From Octopus sinensis (taxonomy: Eukaryota), in the NCBI RefSeq assembly GCF_006345805.1, contig NW_021826111.1, forward strand, positions 1 to 13,606: a stretch of DNA of 13,606 bases, in the 5' to 3' direction. The translations under genes and the position numbers were made by a program. Shown one piece after another: positions 9,744 to 13,606 of the stretch. The notes under the pieces were generated by a model. That model saw only the letters and a program-made list of their open reading frames with translations. It was not told where the DNA came from and did not search any database. Within the stretch, counting starts at the first letter, position 1, and each line of letters starts with the position of its first letter.

Positions 9744-10835
9744 CTAGCATTAAAGACCCGTCGTGCCGGGTCATAGCGCTAGTGCATGTATATATGTATA
9801 TATATATGCGTACATATACATGTACATCTATATATATATACATCACACATAAAATACAAAATACAAAGTTATATCTTGATATCGCTAGTGATAACAATAC
9901 TCAAATATATAACAGACTGGAATTGTTAGCCGTCTCTTGTAATTTCGATCAATTGTATCTTGTCCTCCCTCTTGTATAGAAGTGTGGCTACAATCCGACA
10001 GCTGCCAGCGAAATTCTTTTGAACTTTCTCTATCGAAGACATTTTAACAAAAATACTTCCGTGTAAACGTTGAAAAATATTGTCACTCCCAAACAGGGAC
10101 ACATTCAATTTTAAAAAATACCAAAGCTCCTTCTCCCAAAGGGGGAGGGTTACGGTTTACAATTATTTAACAAATGAAACAACAACGCTTCCTTACGAGG
10201 AACCACAAACGTGATAACAATGGTTAAACAGAAATAATAATAACAACAAACCTTACGGTACCAAAAAGCAGTACTCTGTTGAAGCTATAGGCCTTTACGG
10301 ATCAGAAATAAACTAACAACGGTACTCAGTAGAATGCTTAATGCTAGCTAATTAGCAAATAATCTAATGTAAAAGCCGTGCACACCTCTATTCATTTCTG
10401 CACTTAAATTTTATTTTTTATTTATTCCCATTCATGTGAAACCACTGATTCAAGTTCAAGTCATTGATGCAGTTTTATACCAATTGCTAATTTTACTCTT
10501 GTTATGTTACGATAATATTATACTTTAGTTTGATTTTAATTAATACTTACTACATATAATTCAATTGTTATTATTATTTTTATTGTTAAAGTGAAAGTAT
10601 CTGACATAAAATAGAGAAATGTTTTTGTTTTACTTTTAACACGTAATACTAAAATAGTGGAGAAGATATGACATTGCTATGGGCTCGCTCTAGGCAAGAA
10701 GTTGAACATATTTTTCCCATGAAACTACATGGACCCTAAGTAAGGCATGTGTAAAATTTGAATGAAATTGGTTGTGTAGTTCTCAAGTTTTAAGGAAACA
10801 CACAGACAGACAGACACACAGACACACATTCTCAA

Positions 10836-10838
<3 letters not shown>
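9744..10838 (-). mobile_element. Non-autonomous Helitron (~1095 bp)
   Basis: The minus strand has A|TC at 10839|10838-10837, followed by a (TGTC)n tract and a CAACCAATTTCATTCAAATTTT motif of the kind seen in Lep1-like Helitrons. At the 3' end a 6-bp hairpin GACCCG/CGGGTC (9755-9772) is followed by 7 nt and CTAG|T (9747-9744|9743). There is no TSD, and it sits in a (TA)n tract between the two halves of one SINE. No RepHel coding sequence is present. Confidence 0.75.
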
Positions 10839-10890
<52 letters not shown>

Positions 10891-10896
10891 CATATA

Positions 10897-11046
10897 ACGG
10901 TCTTCTCTCAGTTTCTGTCTTCCAAATCCATCACAGGCTTTGTTGGCCCTAGACTACAGTAGAAGACACTTGCCCAAGCTACCACGTAGTGAAACTGAAC
11001 CATGTAGTTGGGAAGCAAGCTTCTTCCCCACAGCCTCGCTTGCACC
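10897..11046 (-). mobile_element. Family A SINE 5' half (partner of 9441-9665)
   Basis: Minus strand GGTGCAAGCGAGGCTGTGGGGAAGAAGCTTGCTTCCCAAC...GGTTCAGTTTCAC...CTTGGGCAAGTGTCTTCTAC...GATTTGGAAGACAGAAACTGAG aligns with the 5' half of the other copies. Confidence 0.88.
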
Positions 11047-11509
11047 AATGTATATATACATATATATTAGAGAGAGAGAGAGAGACAGAGAGGATGGGGA
11101 GTGAGAGAGAAGGAGAGAGAGGGAGAGGGGAGTAAGAGGGAGAGAGAGTGGGTGAGCAGGTGACAAAGAGAAGATAGGTGCATGGCGTTACATAAAACGA
11201 TAAGTTTCAAGAATTGAACAGAAGCCTGACAAAGAACGAACGGAAAATTCGCACACAAGACATGCTCTTTCCTCGTCATTCATCCTCCCAAAAAATCATT
11301 AGAGTTTCACGCCTTTAACGATAATAATTTTCATTTTTCGTGGCGTCAACAGAGAACGCTGCTGGGAATATTGAGCGAACGTTGATGACAGTAATGAAAA
11401 CAAATACGAATTCGACACTGAAATGAATGTAAATATACAAACAAAATGGATTATACGTTATTCAAACAAATTAGATGCCGCGGGGTTAGGAGACAATACA
11501 AGACATAAG

Positions 11510-11539
11510 CATATATACATAGACACACACACACACACA

Positions 11540-11570
<31 letters not shown>

Positions 11571-11599
11571 TACACACACACACACACACACGCACACAC

Positions 11600-11662
<63 letters not shown>
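11510..11662. repeat. (CA)n-(TA)n-(GA)n compound microsatellite
   Basis: Directly visible. Confidence 0.96.
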
Positions 11663-11857
11663 TAATGAAAAGTTCCTGGCTTTAAGAGTATCGCGAAAGG
11701 CTTGGCTGGAGGCTCAACATTCACAAATCTTTTACAAGACTTAGAAAACCCGAAGGGCCACTGCAATAAGTATATGGATCTGAGAGTGGATGTTGCATAA
11801 AATCATAATTAAAATGTTCTTTTACTTAAAGCCAGGAACTTTTCAGACTACCTCGTA
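11658..11857 (+). mobile_element. Mariner (Tc1/mariner) MITE or internal-deletion derivative, ~200 bp
   Basis: A perfect 21-bp inverted repeat TGAAAAGTTCCTGGCTTTAAG lies at 11666-11686 and 11825-11845. The right end reads ...CCTCG|TA (TA target site at 11856-11857); the left terminus is eroded by (GA)n. The interior translates DLENPKGHCNKYMDLRVDVA*, resembling the mariner transposase C-terminus (G.EKL..RW.KC....G.Y.E*). Confidence 0.85.
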
Positions 11858-12627
11858 TAATGATATATTAAATGCCCAAATTGCGAGGAACTAGATATTG
11901 GCGAGGCAGGGAATGAATTACCGGAACGCTCACGAATCCGCAGACAGCAAATCCGAACACTCGTGTTCGCCAAATCCATTGAGCGAACATACAGAAACAT
12001 GTGGTCAGAAAATGTTTCTAATTTTTCCTTTCCACAAACTGTATAAACAAGTAAGGTTGGAGGAAAGAAAAAAAGAAAAAAAACGGTTTATTAAAATGTT
12101 CGAACTGTTCTGAACGGGAATAACCATTAAAGATGGGATTAAAAAATATCTGTAACATATAAATATGAACAAATTAAAGAAGACTCCCACAATTGAAATA
12201 AAAACGATCGAAACCAACTAAGTTTGCTCTTTCATAAAACCACATGTATACTGCAAACTGAATGGTTAAAATAAAGGCGAGATCTATGCCAGTAATATCG
12301 GTACGCCCGGCAAACCGTGATGTTTAAGTTGCATGCCGATTGGTCAAAACCGTATTCCAAAACTTCAGCTTGTTGGAGCTATCTACTGCAGTTGTCAAGA
12401 ACTCAACTGTCAGGTAAATACATTTTGAATTTTGATGATTACCATGAACGTATGAAAACGCTAATTGATGTTTACGAACATTGCAAAATATGTTTTTATG
12501 TTTAACACACTAAAATTGTTAAATAATTTATTTTTTTTAAATAATACCATAAAAAAAAACGTGAAAACCAGACCTTATTTTAACTTTATTCAACTGATGT
12601 ATATATAAATGTATATATATATGCACA

Positions 12628-13030
12628 TACTCTTTTACTCTTTTACTTGTTTCAGTCATTTGACTGCAGCCATGCTGGAGCACCGCCTTTAGTCGAGCAA
12701 ATCGACCCCAGGACTTATTCTTTGTAAGCTTAGTACTTATTCTATCGACGTCTTTTGCCGAACCGCTAAGTTACGGGACATAAACAGACCAGCATTGGTT
12801 GTCAAGCGATGTTGGGGGGGGGGGGGAAACACAGACACACAAACATATACACACACATACATATATACGACTGGCTTCTTTCAGTTTCCGTCTACCAAAT
12901 CCACTCACAAAGCTTTGGTCAGTCCGAGGCTATAGTAGAAGACACTTGCCCAAGGTGCCACGCAGTGGGACTGAACCCAGAAATATGTGATTAATAAGCA
13001 AGCTACTTACCACACAGCCACTCCTGCGCC
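12628..13030 (-). mobile_element. Family A CORE-type tRNA SINE, full length, best-preserved copy
   Basis: Minus strand GGCGCAGGAGTGGCTGTGTGG (A-box), GGTTCAGTCC (B-box), CACCTTGGGCAAGTGTCTT (CORE-like), a short (TA)/(TG) linker and a 3' tandem tail AAGTAAAAGAGTAAAAGAGTA. Confidence 0.95.
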
Positions 13031-13039
13031 TGGTGTGTG

Positions 13040-13159
13040 ACGCTTACACAACCTAGGTTTCCAAAGCGGTCACCCATCTAAGTACTAACTAGGCTCGACG
13101 TTGCTTAACTTCGGTAATCGGACGAGAACCGGTGCTTTCAATGTGATATGGCCATATAT
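13040..13159 (-). rRNA. 5S rRNA: 5S rRNA gene copy, probably a pseudogene
   Basis: Minus strand TATGGCCATATCACATTGAAAGCACCGGTTCTCGTCCGATTACCGAAGTTAAGCAACGTCGAGCCTAGTTAGTACTTAGATGGGTGACCGCTTTGGAAACCTAGGTTGTGTAAGC is collinear with metazoan 5S rRNA over ~120 nt. The first 3 nt are replaced by (TA)n, Box C reads TAGATGG rather than TGGATGG, helix I is degraded, and no oligo-T terminator follows. Confidence 0.92.
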
Positions 13160-13288
<129 letters not shown>

Positions 13289-13296
13289 AATGTAAA

Positions 13297-13465
13297 GGCG
13301 CATTGCTCTGTCGTTTGAGTGTTGTACTCACGATCGCAAGATCAAGGTTTCGATTCTCAGAACACCTCTACGTTGTGTTTTTTGGCAAACATTTTACATT
13401 GCTCCAGTTCACTCTTCTGTAATGGCTAACCCTGCGATGCATTGACTTCCGCTGGGGGGGCGTTT
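13297..13465 (+). mobile_element. Diverged tRNA-derived SINE (third family)
   Basis: GGCGCATTGCTCTGTCG (decayed A-box), GTTTCGATTCT (B-box-like), then TTGCTCCAGTTCACTC and AACCCTGCGATGCATTG...GGGGGGG, which resemble conserved central domains of invertebrate SINEs. The family assignment is from memory only. Confidence 0.6.
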
Positions 13466-13606
13466 GCCCTGTCCACTAAGCAAGGGAGTGGCATTATTTA
13501 GAGAGCTGTAACAATAGAGGGAGGCATTGTGAACAGCAGTGAACAATAACTAATAGTCTGATTGATCTCTATGCCCCCTCTCTCTCTACCTTGATACATA
13601 CACACA

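Noticed and set aside
11954-11969. 7-bp inverted repeat CGAACAC-TC-GTGTTCG
   Set aside because: An isolated short palindrome with a 2-nt loop, expected occasionally by chance, with no supporting context.
3973-13030. Repeated similar units that might suggest a CRISPR-like or regularly spaced array
   Set aside because: They are dispersed SINE copies in mixed orientation with irregular spacing in eukaryotic DNA; there are no repeat-spacer periodicity or cas genes.
12935-13030. SINE heads as genuine tRNA genes
   Set aside because: They have A/B-box-like motifs but no complete cloverleaf, and they continue directly into SINE body sequence.

Overview
This is very AT-rich, microsatellite-saturated eukaryotic DNA, almost entirely repeat-derived. 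The SINE families and 5S sequence suggest a cephalopod such as Octopus; that is an inference from recalled families, not a database result. I can support no intact host protein-coding gene. Contents: (1) a 5'-truncated, lightly decayed CR1-group LINE on the minus strand (~1071-3860), whose endonuclease-RT ORF2 is broken by two frameshifts and one nonsense codon; (2) seven tRNA-derived SINE copies or fragments, five of them from one CORE-type family, plus a fragment of a related subfamily; (3) a ~1.1 kb non-autonomous Helitron with canonical A|TC...hairpin-CTAG|T ends that splits one SINE in two; (4) a Helentron-type (HINE-like) element; (5) a mariner-derived MITE; (6) a full-length but decayed 5S rRNA copy about 10 nt upstream of an intact SINE; (7) a local ~170 bp inverted duplication with template-switch-like junctions. 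Almost all other ORFs in the track are microsatellite translation artefacts. I do not see a clear new biological system. The best leads are a possible 5S+tRNA+CORE composite SINE, the inverted duplication, and a Helitron hairpin that reads as a 3' terminus on both strands.
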